Shown: positions 48,008 to 57,582 of the stretch, in pieces
Position numbering within the stretch: position 1 is the first letter of the stretch
How the letters are laid out: each line of letters opens with the position of its first letter
Source of the DNA: Candidatus Micrarchaeota archaeon
GTDB taxonomy: Archaea > Micrarchaeota > Micrarchaeia > Anstonellales > Bilamarchaeaceae
Reading direction: 5' to 3'
Length of the DNA stretch: 64,000 bases
NCBI GenBank assembly: GCA_038046805.1
Contig: JBBSVO010000004.1
Span: 32,001-96,000 of the forward strand
Program-made: the position numbers and the translations under genes
The notes under the pieces: model-generated
What the model was told of the DNA's origin: nothing
Seen by the model: the letters and a program-made list of their open reading frames with translations, nothing else
The model's database searches: none

Positions 48008-48798
48008 ATAAGATTGATGTGGAAATATTACAGGAGTATGCGATAGAACAGGGAAAACTGCCAGTAGGTCTTGTAGAAAAGGATTATGTTCTATCTGTTT
48101 TGTTGGCTTATCTCTCAAAATTACCAGAAGCAGAACAGATGATTTTCAAGGGCGGTACTGCTTTAAGAAAAATCTATTTTCCAGATTATCGTCTTTCAGC
48201 TGATCTTGATTTTAGTGTTAGTGTAGATAATCGCACTTCATTGAAGAAATCAATTGAGAAACTGCAGAATAAAGAACTTGAAGGAGTCAAATTTCTCAAA
48301 CTATCTGATAAGACGTTGAAAGGAACGAATAACCTGAGTCTTGCTCTCCAATACCAAAGCAGCGTTGCAATGGTTGGAGGCAGGGAGCACATTGATAATG
48401 TGAAAATGGACTTCAACTTTGACAATAAAGTTTATCTCAAGCCAGATAAGAAGAGAATTATTGCACCTGGCGTATATTCAATTGCAGATAGCGAGATGTA
48501 TGCGATGCAGCTTGAGGAAGTTGTTTGTGAGAAAATCCATGCGATCTACAAAAGACCAAAGCCTAGAGATCTTTACGATTTGTGGTATCTGCTTGGCAAA
48601 GGAGTCAAACCTGACATCCATTTAATCAACAGAAAACTCGAACCGTTGAAAGTAAAATTCAACATGGAAGAATTCGCAAAGCATGTGGAAAAATTACGGG
48701 TCGGGTGGGCAAAAGATATGCTTGGACTTCTTCCTAAAGTTCCGGTATTTGATCCGATTGCGGAATATGTATTAACAGACATGAAAAAAATTCGCTAA
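48004..48798 (+). CDS. Type IV TA nucleotidyltransferase toxin, AbiEii/AbiGii family
   Basis: VEKDY, FKGGTAL, YRLSADLDF, EKIHA, PRDLYDL. Confidence 0.92.
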   Translation: MNKIDVEILQEYAIEQGKLPVGLVEKDYVLSVLLAYLSKLPEAEQMIFKGGTALRKIYFPDYRLSADLDFSVSVDNRTSLKKSIEKLQNKELEGVKFLKLSDKTLKGTNNLSLALQYQSSVAMVGGREHIDNVKMDFNFDNKVYLKPDKKRIIAPGVYSIADSEMYAMQLEEVVCEKIHAIYKRPKPRDLYDLWYLLGKGVKPDIHLINRKLEPLKVKFNMEEFAKHVEKLRVGWAKDMLGLLPKVPVFDPIAEYVLTDMKKIR

Positions 48799-49011
48799 GA
48801 TCGGAACATACTCAATCATACTCAAAAAAGTTGTTATGTTTGAGTAATTCAAATATCTAGAAAAATAACCGATCATACCATTCTTTTGTTATTATTCGTT
48901 ATTTTGCCGTAAAATTTAGGGGTTAAATTTCACATCAATACCGTCCCCTAAAAATCAAGGGATTTTTAGTCGTAAACACTACTCTTTTTCTTCCTCCTAA
49001 TTGGGTCCATA

Positions 49012-49905
49012 TCATGTATCTCTGACCGAAAATTTGGTCAGGGTTTCTTTTAGCGTGCTTCTGCTAATTACAGTTCCGTATTTGGAATATAGATATTTGA
49101 GTGATTTCTTTGTAACAAAAATATAGCTAATTTCGTATTCGTCTTTGTATCTAGCGAACTTAGTGCGAATAAAATTTGGATGCTTTTTCAAATTCTTTCC
49201 AGTTTCAACATCAAAACAATATTTTTTGTTTTCGAACTCAAAGACTACATCCGGACCGTTATTTACGTTCATTATCGGTCTGATTCCTAGCATTTTGAGT
49301 TCGTTTTCGATTAAATAACAAAAGAATGCGTGCTCTTTGCTTTCGTTATATCTCGATTTAATCCAGTAATAAGCAGCTCCGGATTTTCCAAATGGGCTGA
49401 TTTTGAGGCGTTTGTAGCCATTTGCCAGGAGAGACTCTTTCTTTTCAGCTGCTAAACCTTTTTCTAGATAGAGATTTTCGTTTTGGACTATCTTGACAGG
49501 TTCTTTAACTGTTTCTTTGGGTTTTTGAACTTTTTTTCGTGGTTTTGAAATTCTTGGCTTTGGATAGAACTCCGGATCAACCTCGTAAATTTCGGCTTCT
49601 ATTTCCTTAAGTTTTCTATCATCCGAGCACAGAAGTTTACAAAATCGATCCAATCTTTCCTCTTCTTGTTGCTGAATTTCTTTGCGTTTTTGTTGTATTC
49701 TTTCAAGCTCTTCAATATACCATTCTTTTTCTGAACCTGTTTTTCTTTCAAGTTCATATCTTGTCCAAAATTCGTCTTCAGTCATTTCAGAAACAATATT
49801 GTCAATATAATATTCTACCCAAATTGGAACCTTCCTGGTTCTTAGATATGTCTTCTGAGCTTCATGCGACATTATCTCCATCTCGGATACTGGTGTCAAT
49901 CCCAT
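49012..49905 (-). CDS. Hypothetical protein with C-terminal PD-(D/E)xK-like domain
   Basis: ESKEH...GPDVVF...CFDVETGK. Confidence 0.55.
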   Translation of the reverse strand: MGLTPVSEMEIMSHEAQKTYLRTRKVPIWVEYYIDNIVSEMTEDEFWTRYELERKTGSEKEWYIEELERIQQKRKEIQQQEEERLDRFCKLLCSDDRKLKEIEAEIYEVDPEFYPKPRISKPRKKVQKPKETVKEPVKIVQNENLYLEKGLAAEKKESLLANGYKRLKISPFGKSGAAYYWIKSRYNESKEHAFFCYLIENELKMLGIRPIMNVNNGPDVVFEFENKKYCFDVETGKNLKKHPNFIRTKFARYKDEYEISYIFVTKKSLKYLYSKYGTVISRSTLKETLTKFSVRDT

Positions 49906-50266
49906 ATAACTTCAATTTCTGACGTATGGTGAATATTCTGAAATAGAGAGTTTCATATTCAACTGCTTTCTTCTTTATAGCATCATAGTTGTTCAATTTA
50001 TCGAGGCCATCGATGCAAACAAATCTACTAAGACTGGAGCCATTTTCTTTCATCTTGAATGGATTAAGCTTTAACATAACCCGTATTTGTTGTGCAATGC
50101 TTTCATAGTCCTCTGCAGTTTCGTTTAGTTCTCGAACGAGTTCTTTCCTTCTTTTGTACAGTTCTTCAAATTCAAGTAGGAGCTCGGCTTTCTTCTTACG
50201 ATCTAGATTTGGAGGAAAAAGCCAGTTTTGAAATTTTTGCAGTTTTTCTAGAACTACTTTTAACAT
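49862..50266 (-). CDS. Hypothetical coiled-coil protein
   Basis: 134-aa ORF overlapping the downstream gene. Confidence 0.55.
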   Translation of the reverse strand: MLKVVLEKLQKFQNWLFPPNLDRKKKAELLLEFEELYKRRKELVRELNETAEDYESIAQQIRVMLKLNPFKMKENGSSLSRFVCIDGLDKLNNYDAIKKKAVEYETLYFRIFTIRQKLKLYGIDTSIRDGDNVA

Positions 50267-50319
50267 GACAATAATAATTAGCTCAAGTCGATTTAATCAT
50301 TCATGCAATATGTTGTATG

Positions 50320-51885
50320 CTACTCTACAATCTCAACAACTGCTTTCTGCTGTTTCTCGCTTGCTGTAACTCGTACTTTTTTATGAAAGATTAAAACTTT
50401 ACCACCATATACATGAGTAACAGTTTCTGGTCTGCCTAATCTTTCCCAATCAATGTCGACTCCAATCATGAAAATCTTTTTTGTTGTGTCCAACAGGCCT
50501 CCGAAATGGCCTTCGGGTGCATCGCGGTGGTTTGTCTTGCCAGAATACCCCGCAGTTTCAACAATTACTCGCGCATTACTTATATCCGCATATTCCAAAG
50601 GATTATCCTGAATAGATTTCGTAAGGTCTCCCACATAAACTACTACAAAATCCGCTAGATCTCTATTTAACTTTCTAAGCAGCCGTATGTCATCTTCTTT
50701 CTGAACAAATAGGATTGTATCGCTTTCGACCTCGCCGCTACCTTTCACATAACCGCTTCTGATTACCGTTTTCTCGGTTTCTGCTATTTCCTTTTCATCA
50801 TTCAGTTGTTTTTGATCTGCATCTGCTATTTGTAAAATCGCTACGTGAATTTGCCCCTCATTTTCCACTATGGCAAATTCAACATACTGTGGTTTTCCAG
50901 TCAATTGTTCCAACTTTTTCAATTTGACAAACAACCAATCAAGTTTGTTAAATGCAACTGTACCAAGTGCAATAGTAACATCATCAAAGTCTTTTTTAGT
51001 GACATATAAAAATTTCCCATCGGATAAATAATCAGTGAGTTTTCTGTAATGCAAACCGGCGCTTAAGCGCTCTTCTTCATCGTCTTGGATTTGAGATGGT
51101 GTGCGTTTGTCGCTTTCTTTTACTTTTATGCCATTTCCTTTCACCGCAGTGGTTGGTAAACCGGCTGCAAAAACGACATGACCTCCAGTATTATGAGAAG
51201 TATATCCAAAGCCGCCATATTTGGGTCCGAAACGAATTATGCCTTCACTATCGGTGTGTTTTTTGAATCTCTGCCCGAAAACAGGTTCGATGATAACTGC
51301 AACTCCACCTAGCAATCCAAGATCTTTTCTAAATACAATTGCCGATTCAGAAAACTCACTTATCATAACTGCTTTGATGGCCTTTACTAGGCCATCTAGA
51401 GTTTTAACTTCATTATTAAGGTTGATACAAAATTCGCTATCATAAATTCCTGTTCCCCTGCAATCACCATGTGCTGATGATCTTACCGCTAACGGAATTC
51501 CCCTAAAGTCCTTGTGAATCTGTTTCACAAGCCTCCGTAATACTTTCATTTCAGCTTCTTCGAACTGCCCCCCCCCGACTATCTTTTGGAGTTCTTCAGA
51601 AGAAGCTCCCCTTGTCAAAGCAGCGTTTAACCCGCATCGTTCTCTGAATGCATCAAAGAAACCCATTGCAAGAACAGTTCGTGGATTAACATCAAAACCA
51701 GCGCGTTCAATCGCCCATGTTTTTCGCATGAGCTCTTCAGCCTTGGCGCCAATAGAACCAGAACCAATGATCGTCCAGAACTTTTCAGTTAAAACAGAAA
51801 GCTGAGTTTCCCTAGCCTTAAGCAGATTAGCAACACATTGCCTGCCATTTGCTAAGGCAGTATCTGAAACGAGTGTCTGTGCCAC
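50320..51885 (-). CDS. PEP/pyruvate-binding (PPDK N-terminal ATP-grasp-like) domain protein, phosphohistidine and C-terminal domains not recognised
   Basis: IGSGSIGAKA, PLAVRSSAHGD, GIYDS, PQYVEFA...ILQ; TATA places a leaderless GTG at 51885. Confidence 0.7.
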   Translation of the reverse strand: MAQTLVSDTALANGRQCVANLLKARETQLSVLTEKFWTIIGSGSIGAKAEELMRKTWAIERAGFDVNPRTVLAMGFFDAFRERCGLNAALTRGASSEELQKIVGGGQFEEAEMKVLRRLVKQIHKDFRGIPLAVRSSAHGDCRGTGIYDSEFCINLNNEVKTLDGLVKAIKAVMISEFSESAIVFRKDLGLLGGVAVIIEPVFGQRFKKHTDSEGIIRFGPKYGGFGYTSHNTGGHVVFAAGLPTTAVKGNGIKVKESDKRTPSQIQDDEEERLSAGLHYRKLTDYLSDGKFLYVTKKDFDDVTIALGTVAFNKLDWLFVKLKKLEQLTGKPQYVEFAIVENEGQIHVAILQIADADQKQLNDEKEIAETEKTVIRSGYVKGSGEVESDTILFVQKEDDIRLLRKLNRDLADFVVVYVGDLTKSIQDNPLEYADISNARVIVETAGYSGKTNHRDAPEGHFGGLLDTTKKIFMIGVDIDWERLGRPETVTHVYGGKVLIFHKKVRVTASEKQQKAVVEIVE

Positions 51886-52069
51886 GTAATAATAGTGCAA
51901 CCATTGGTTTTTAAAGTTACTTTTTGCGTAGAAATATGGTGACCTAAATTTTGAAATTTGCAAAACTATAAATACACCCTTATGCAATATCTTGTACGAA
52001 CATGCATGATGTTGTATAATTCGTGCAGGTTGCTAACGGCAGCATTCCACAACGTCGGGGGCTTCGTGA

Positions 52070-52166
52070 TGTTTTGCGTTTAGAGTTCCGAGTTTTGTTT
52101 GTTTCGTATTTTGCGTTTCGCGTGGTGCATTCCATTCAAGACGCAATACTGAGAACGCGAAACCAC
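52070..52166. repeat. Inverted heptamer arrays
   Basis: gttttgc gtttaga gttccga ... aagacgc aatactg agaacgc gaaacc. Confidence 0.6.
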
Positions 52167-52203
52167 CTTATAAAATCTATGTAACATTAGATATGTGATA
52201 TTA

Positions 52204-53082
52204 ATGCCAGACCAGCAATATGCCCAAAAAGGGCCAACGCATGGAGGAGATGACGATTCATCAGGTTCAGCACTCCCTCCAGAAGCACCAAAAAAACTTG
52301 ACCTTCACAAATACCTGAACAAACCGGATGCAAATCCACGGACTCTTTTCTGGGAATTAATCAAGGCATACTCAGAAAAACAGGATATCCACGACCAGCT
52401 TGCAAGAATAAAGTATGAGAGAATGGTTCTTTTGAGAATAGCTCTTGGAATCGTCCAAAATCCAGGATTAGCCTCAACTGAAATGAAGCCAGCGGCCGTA
52501 GCAAAATATTTTATAGGAATGATTTTGGATGCAGGATGGGAGGACGTATTTGTTGAATTGATCGACAAGACTTACGATCGAAAGATGGGTATAAACACCA
52601 CTTTTCTTCTTGCGATATCCAAGGCATGTGAAAATCCGGAAAATATGGTAAAGATATCTGAATGTCTCAAAAAAATAATCCTTAAGAATTATGAGATGGA
52701 GTCTGCACTTGCATATGTTGCTGAAATACAAAAAAAAGATCTTACAAAAACCCTCAAAAAAGAGCTTATGATAGTTGCAATGCAGGATGTGGACCAGACA
52801 CAGCAATATGCGATTTATGCACTTAGTCCGCTAATAGATGAAGACGAAAACATAAAAAAATCATTTATTGGTTTGGTTGGAGATTGGGATGAATTAACCC
52901 GAAAAACAATCGCAACAGTACTTAAAAATACAAAAGACCCAAAACTTTTACAGGCTGCGGAACGACAAATAAAAGAGGAAACAAACGATCAGATAAAAAG
53001 CTTGCTGAAAGAGATAATCGACAACAATAAGACAAACGAACAAGCTGAAAAGAAAACAGAGGAAGGAGAACAAGGAAACTAA
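52204..53082 (+). CDS. Helical (HEAT-like) repeat hypothetical protein
   Basis: Long amphipathic helical ORF upstream of the KH gene. Confidence 0.65.
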   Translation: MPDQQYAQKGPTHGGDDDSSGSALPPEAPKKLDLHKYLNKPDANPRTLFWELIKAYSEKQDIHDQLARIKYERMVLLRIALGIVQNPGLASTEMKPAAVAKYFIGMILDAGWEDVFVELIDKTYDRKMGINTTFLLAISKACENPENMVKISECLKKIILKNYEMESALAYVAEIQKKDLTKTLKKELMIVAMQDVDQTQQYAIYALSPLIDEDENIKKSFIGLVGDWDELTRKTIATVLKNTKDPKLLQAAERQIKEETNDQIKSLLKEIIDNNKTNEQAEKKTEEGEQGN

Positions 53083-53100
53083 GACAATAAGGTGAAAAAA

Positions 53101-53643
53101 ATGGAAGTAGTCAAAGTCCCTCTTGAACGCCTAAGCTCAATTCTCGGTGCGCGTGGAGAAACAAAAAAGCTCATAGAAGAAAAGGCAGATGTAGAGCTTA
53201 ATGTAAAGGATGACGGCGAAGTCGAGATAGAGGGGGAAGGTGCCAATATATTTTTCGCAAAAGATGTAATAAAAGCAATAGGTCGCGGTTTCCAGCCAAA
53301 ACACGCATTCCTGCTTTTGACCGATGGATACAACCTGCAAATTATAAATCTCAAGGATATATGCCGCAATGACAATGATATAAAACGCGTGAAATCACGA
53401 GTTATCGGGGAAGACGGAAAAGTAAAAACCATAATAGAAGACGCAACAGAATCATATGTTAGTGTTTATGGAAACACAATTTCGATAATATCAAAATTCG
53501 ACACAATGGAAACAGCAAAAGAAGCAATTTACAAACTCATTGACGGCGCCCCACATACGCCAGTATTTAACTTTTTATCAAAAGCAAAAAGACGAATTAT
53601 GGGAGAGCGACTGAGATCAAGCAATCCTAGAAAAGGCGACTAA
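53101..53643 (+). CDS. Dim2/Pno1-like KH-domain rRNA-processing protein
   Basis: ILGARGETK, AIGRGF, RVIGEDGK, GAPH. Confidence 0.92.
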   Translation: MEVVKVPLERLSSILGARGETKKLIEEKADVELNVKDDGEVEIEGEGANIFFAKDVIKAIGRGFQPKHAFLLLTDGYNLQIINLKDICRNDNDIKRVKSRVIGEDGKVKTIIEDATESYVSVYGNTISIISKFDTMETAKEAIYKLIDGAPHTPVFNFLSKAKRRIMGERLRSSNPRKGD

Positions 53644-53661
53644 AAAAGTGACGATCACAGA

Positions 53662-54300
53662 TTATTTTAACACAGTTCTGGTCTCCAGATACCAAAGATA
53701 AAGATCTAATTCAGCAAGCGTAAGACGCGCATTTTCTGCGATTTTTTCCAGTATAATTTCTATCTCGAGATATTTTTTTCTTGTTAAAGATTTTGATTTT
53801 GGCCTCTCGATTAGCTTGTTATCTGCAAGAATATCAATAATGTGAAAATCGATTATGGCAACGTTTTCGTATCCAATATTGCGCATGAAATGGCTTGCCT
53901 CTTTGTACCCAAGGCCTTTGACATCCTTTACTATTCGGTCTCTCAGGCCTGTTTCTGAGGATGAATACTCTCCTAAAATCTTTCTGAGACCTCCTGCATG
54001 TTTCCTTGCCTCAACAATGTATTTTGCACGGGTATTGGGAAAGCGATGACCCGATAAACGAAGCTGTATGGCAAGATCCATCTCAGAAAGAGTAAGAAAA
54101 CCCACGCCAATCCCGGACTGAATCTTCATGCTTTTCTCTGCCTGAAAATTCGCGGTTAAAATGCAAAAACAAAGTTCGGAAAAAAGTTTGTCCTCGCTGC
54201 CGTTTTTTCCAAGCGATTTGAATTCCGCAATGCGCATATGAATTGTTTTGGAGATTTCAGAGGATTTCAGTGATTCGACCCTATTGATTAGGCTATCCAT
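53662..54300 (-). CDS. ogg: 8-oxoguanine N-glycosylase/DNA lyase
   Basis: FSELCFCILTAN, HRFPN, KGLGYKEASHFMRN, AIIDFHI, LDLYLWY. Confidence 0.92.
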   Translation of the reverse strand: MDSLINRVESLKSSEISKTIHMRIAEFKSLGKNGSEDKLFSELCFCILTANFQAEKSMKIQSGIGVGFLTLSEMDLAIQLRLSGHRFPNTRAKYIVEARKHAGGLRKILGEYSSSETGLRDRIVKDVKGLGYKEASHFMRNIGYENVAIIDFHIIDILADNKLIERPKSKSLTRKKYLEIEIILEKIAENARLTLAELDLYLWYLETRTVLK

Positions 54301-54355
54301 GATAAACCCCGGGATAGAATATCCCAGACCCAAAACTCCAGACGCGAGACGAACA

Positions 54356-54583
54356 GCGGATCGAGAACTCCAGAGAGTTCGAGACCGATAAAACGGCGCA
54401 CCGTTTTATGGTGTCGTAATCGACGATTCGATTACGAACATGCTCAGGAACGAAACGTCGTTCCTGACATCCATTGAACGTTTCGACCGACAAAACGATG
54501 CATCGTTTTGTGGTCCACAGAACGTCGCGACGTTCTGTCGGACGTTCAATTGGAGACTTGAACAGCAGTTCAAGCGGATCAGC
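54356..54583. repeat. Large nested-palindrome element (7 stems) between top6A and ogg
   Basis: Hairpins include TCGTAATCGA/TCGATTACGA, TCAGGAACGA/TCGTTCCTGA, GACCGA..TGGTC and TCCA..TCGGA; heptamer flanks. Confidence 0.85.
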
Positions 54584-54592
54584 AAAACGCAA

Positions 54593-55690
54593 TTACGGCA
54601 GCCATTTTTTATTGTTTATTTTTTCCTTTACATATTCTCCGACGAATGTAAGCCTTTGCCCCTGCAATGCATCCTGTTCGATCTTCTTTTTTGTTTTAAG
54701 CACAAGATTCAGATTATCCACCCAGGGTTTATGCCGGTTTATCCAAGGATAACCAAGCATTTCTTCAGCGCGCTTGATATCCACATCCTTTGCTTTAATT
54801 GTCAGTTTCTGTAAAAATTCATAGTCATTTATGTCTTGCATCGTAACTCCAAGAAATCTTGACTCCGGAACAGCAAAATCCCTTCCAAGATATGCAAGAT
54901 TCATGCTACCAGTCTTTATTGTCCAGTAAATGTACCATCCCCAAGCATCACAGTCCATAAAACAATAGACGGGCAATTTTTTGTCAGCAAGTTTTCTAAG
55001 AAGCCGTCTTGTTCCCCTAGAAGCCTGTCCTTTGGGAGTAATCAAAAGGCAATTTTCCTTTTTCCAGAACCTGTCCTCATTTAGCCTCTGCCAAAGCGCA
55101 TCCTTTTCAACTACAAGAACCCAATCCGCCTCAAGCTCTTCTATTTCCATTCCGTTATCAACATCACTTGGAATCATCCAGCCACTTCTTCCCTGTTTTT
55201 CGCAGTTGATTACGGTTTCGTCGCCTGCGAATTTGTCCCGGATTTTTAACGCACCTGCAACAACACCTTTACGGTCTGTTGTAAGATGAAGATCTTCCCT
55301 CATAACACCCATTGCCACTTCAAGGTCCTCTATAAGAGCATTGCTTTCACTTTGCTCGCTGAAAAGGTCTTCATCCAAATCCTCACCAAGAGAGAATTTA
55401 AGCTGGTAAAAAAGGCCTCTGATGCTCGTATGAAGCTCTTCTTTGATGAATCGTTTTGTCTTTGCCGCGATTGCCACAGTTTGCATGAATGTTCTTGCCT
55501 GAGATACACTCAGAAACTTACGCAATTCCTTCTTTTCCCCAAGCCTCAGGCAACCGATGCCATCATCATAAATCGTGTTGCTCTTGGTTCTAAGTGGAGT
55601 TTCAAATGTCGGGCCTTCACCACCTTCAACTTCTTTCAGCATTTTCTTTCCAAGATCAGTCATTTTCTTTTCCGCATGTTTATCGCTCAT
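54593..55690 (-). CDS. top6A: DNA topoisomerase VI subunit A
   Basis: IRGLFYQ (catalytic Tyr), VVEKDA, KGQASR, DCDAWG, KIEQDAL. Confidence 0.95.
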   Translation of the reverse strand: MSDKHAEKKMTDLGKKMLKEVEGGEGPTFETPLRTKSNTIYDDGIGCLRLGEKKELRKFLSVSQARTFMQTVAIAAKTKRFIKEELHTSIRGLFYQLKFSLGEDLDEDLFSEQSESNALIEDLEVAMGVMREDLHLTTDRKGVVAGALKIRDKFAGDETVINCEKQGRSGWMIPSDVDNGMEIEELEADWVLVVEKDALWQRLNEDRFWKKENCLLITPKGQASRGTRRLLRKLADKKLPVYCFMDCDAWGWYIYWTIKTGSMNLAYLGRDFAVPESRFLGVTMQDINDYEFLQKLTIKAKDVDIKRAEEMLGYPWINRHKPWVDNLNLVLKTKKKIEQDALQGQRLTFVGEYVKEKINNKKWLP

Positions 55691-55714
55691 AAATATCACC
55701 CTGAGGTACAGCCT

Positions 55715-57355
55715 CTATTCGTTCTCATCATTTCCATTACCGTTTTCGTGTTTTCCGTTTTCTGATTCCGAACTATTTCCTTCGGGTTTTCCTTCTCCGT
55801 TTTCCTCTGCTTCTAATATGGCATATTTTTCCTCAACCAGCTTTAGCAGTTTTTGCCTAAGTGAGTCCTTTGCTTTTGAATCAGAAAGAGATGCAAGATC
55901 CCCGCTTAATTGTTCTACGTATCTTAAGATTGCTTTTCGCTTACTTTCGATTTCATGCGCCTTTCGCTTTCCGCTTATGTAACGTTGTACTCCACGTGCG
56001 GCTTCCATCACTGCATTTTTTATTTCATCAAAAACATCTTCCTCTGTTGAAACCGCTTGCTTGCCTGCCCCGGTATATGGAACATGAACGCTGACAAAAT
56101 TAACCAGCACTACAACCGGCTCTTCCTCAAAATTCTTCAAACCATAGCGGCTCCATTCCACGCTTTTGATAGATTCAGTAATTGCGCAGCCGCCTGCATC
56201 AAACAACAATGGAACGCGATTCGCGAATCGCATCATGTCCCCTTTTTTTCCTGCATGGGCAATTCCGCCTCCGTATGCAATTGCGGCTTCCACCATAAAT
56301 GGAACCCCGCCACGATATATTTTAGGAGAACGTTCAGTTACCGAGATAATTTCCGGGGTGAAAATATTGTTGAACGATTTTTCTATCTGTTCTTTTCCGA
56401 TTGGAACAATGGAATCGGTTTCTGGAGCGATCCATTTCACTTTTTTAAAGCTCTGCACGATTTTCTCCGCGTCCTCCCAGGACATATCAGACGGATCTTT
56501 GTCAAAATCAACATCAGGTACAAGTGTTCTGAGCTCAGATACCTTGTTTGCACTCACGCGTGCCAATGAGTTTTGGAGAAATGCTGAAATTTTTCTGTTT
56601 TCTTTCTGAGCATGCGCTACGTCAAGAAGGTCATGCGCACTTATTCCGAGCGGATGAGGCTGAATTTCCCTTGGCCTTTTTGGATTGCTTTCAATAACAC
56701 GCGGAAAGGAAGAACTTTCTCCGTTCGGCTCTGTAATTGAAATGGAAGCATGCGGATTTGCCAACGCGGTGCGACGCAGATATTCATAAACGCCCTGTTC
56801 GCTTCTTTTGTATTCAACGTCCTTGAATTCCGCTTCGTATGTAAGGCCGGTTTTGCCATCCGGATTGTCATCCTCGACAAGATTAAGGAGTTCGGCGCGA
56901 TTTGTTTTGAGATCAAGACTGAGTTCGCAGCTTAATTTTTTATTTTTATAACTGGAGATGATACGCGGATGTTTGCCAGTTGTGAGCAGGGAATACATAC
57001 TGACTCCGGAGATTCCGATACCTTGTTGCCCTCTTTGCTGGACGTAACGATGAAATTTTGTGCCGGCAAGCATTTGGCCAAGCGCTTTTCCAAGATATTG
57101 TTTTGGAATTCCAGGCCCGTTATCTTCTACATGTACAAGAAAATGAAATTCACCTAGTTCACGTATCGCGACTTTTAGCTCTGGAAGAATTCCTGCTTCC
57201 TCACAAGCATCAAGCGAATTGCTTACTGCTTCGTGAATAATCGTGGTCATGCTCTTTGTTTTTCCGCTAAAGCCAAGCATCTGGCGGTTCTTTTTGAAAA
57301 ATTCCGCAACCGAATGCTCCTGAAAATGTGAGAACGCATCTTTTCCTTCTGCCAT
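55715..57355 (-). CDS. top6B: DNA topoisomerase VI subunit B
   Basis: SVAEFFKKN, NSLDACEE, EDNGPG, RGQQGIG, RFANRVPL. Confidence 0.96.
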   Translation of the reverse strand: MAEGKDAFSHFQEHSVAEFFKKNRQMLGFSGKTKSMTTIIHEAVSNSLDACEEAGILPELKVAIRELGEFHFLVHVEDNGPGIPKQYLGKALGQMLAGTKFHRYVQQRGQQGIGISGVSMYSLLTTGKHPRIISSYKNKKLSCELSLDLKTNRAELLNLVEDDNPDGKTGLTYEAEFKDVEYKRSEQGVYEYLRRTALANPHASISITEPNGESSSFPRVIESNPKRPREIQPHPLGISAHDLLDVAHAQKENRKISAFLQNSLARVSANKVSELRTLVPDVDFDKDPSDMSWEDAEKIVQSFKKVKWIAPETDSIVPIGKEQIEKSFNNIFTPEIISVTERSPKIYRGGVPFMVEAAIAYGGGIAHAGKKGDMMRFANRVPLLFDAGGCAITESIKSVEWSRYGLKNFEEEPVVVLVNFVSVHVPYTGAGKQAVSTEEDVFDEIKNAVMEAARGVQRYISGKRKAHEIESKRKAILRYVEQLSGDLASLSDSKAKDSLRQKLLKLVEEKYAILEAEENGEGKPEGNSSESENGKHENGNGNDENE

Positions 57356-57582
57356 CGTAAATCACCTGAGATTTTACCTTCCGCAATAAGTAAAATGTAC
57401 CATTAACCATTCAAGTACTTCGAATTTTGGGAGGTCGAACGCGGGTATAAAACAGAAAAAGTATTTAAAGATGGCTACTGGCAGCTAGCCATGGACAGTG
57501 GGATTACTGTTTCGCGTTTAGTGTTTCGCGTCCTGAACTCGGAACTGGAAACTGAAAACACATTTGGCCCAAGGCTCGTGGT

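Larger units (their letters stand above)
45792..52064. mobile_element. ~6.3-kb integrative element at the tRNA-Thr 3' end
   Basis: 12-bp direct repeat CGTCGGGGGCTT at 45792-45803 (tRNA 3' end) and 52053-52064; integrase next to the tRNA. Confidence 0.8.
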
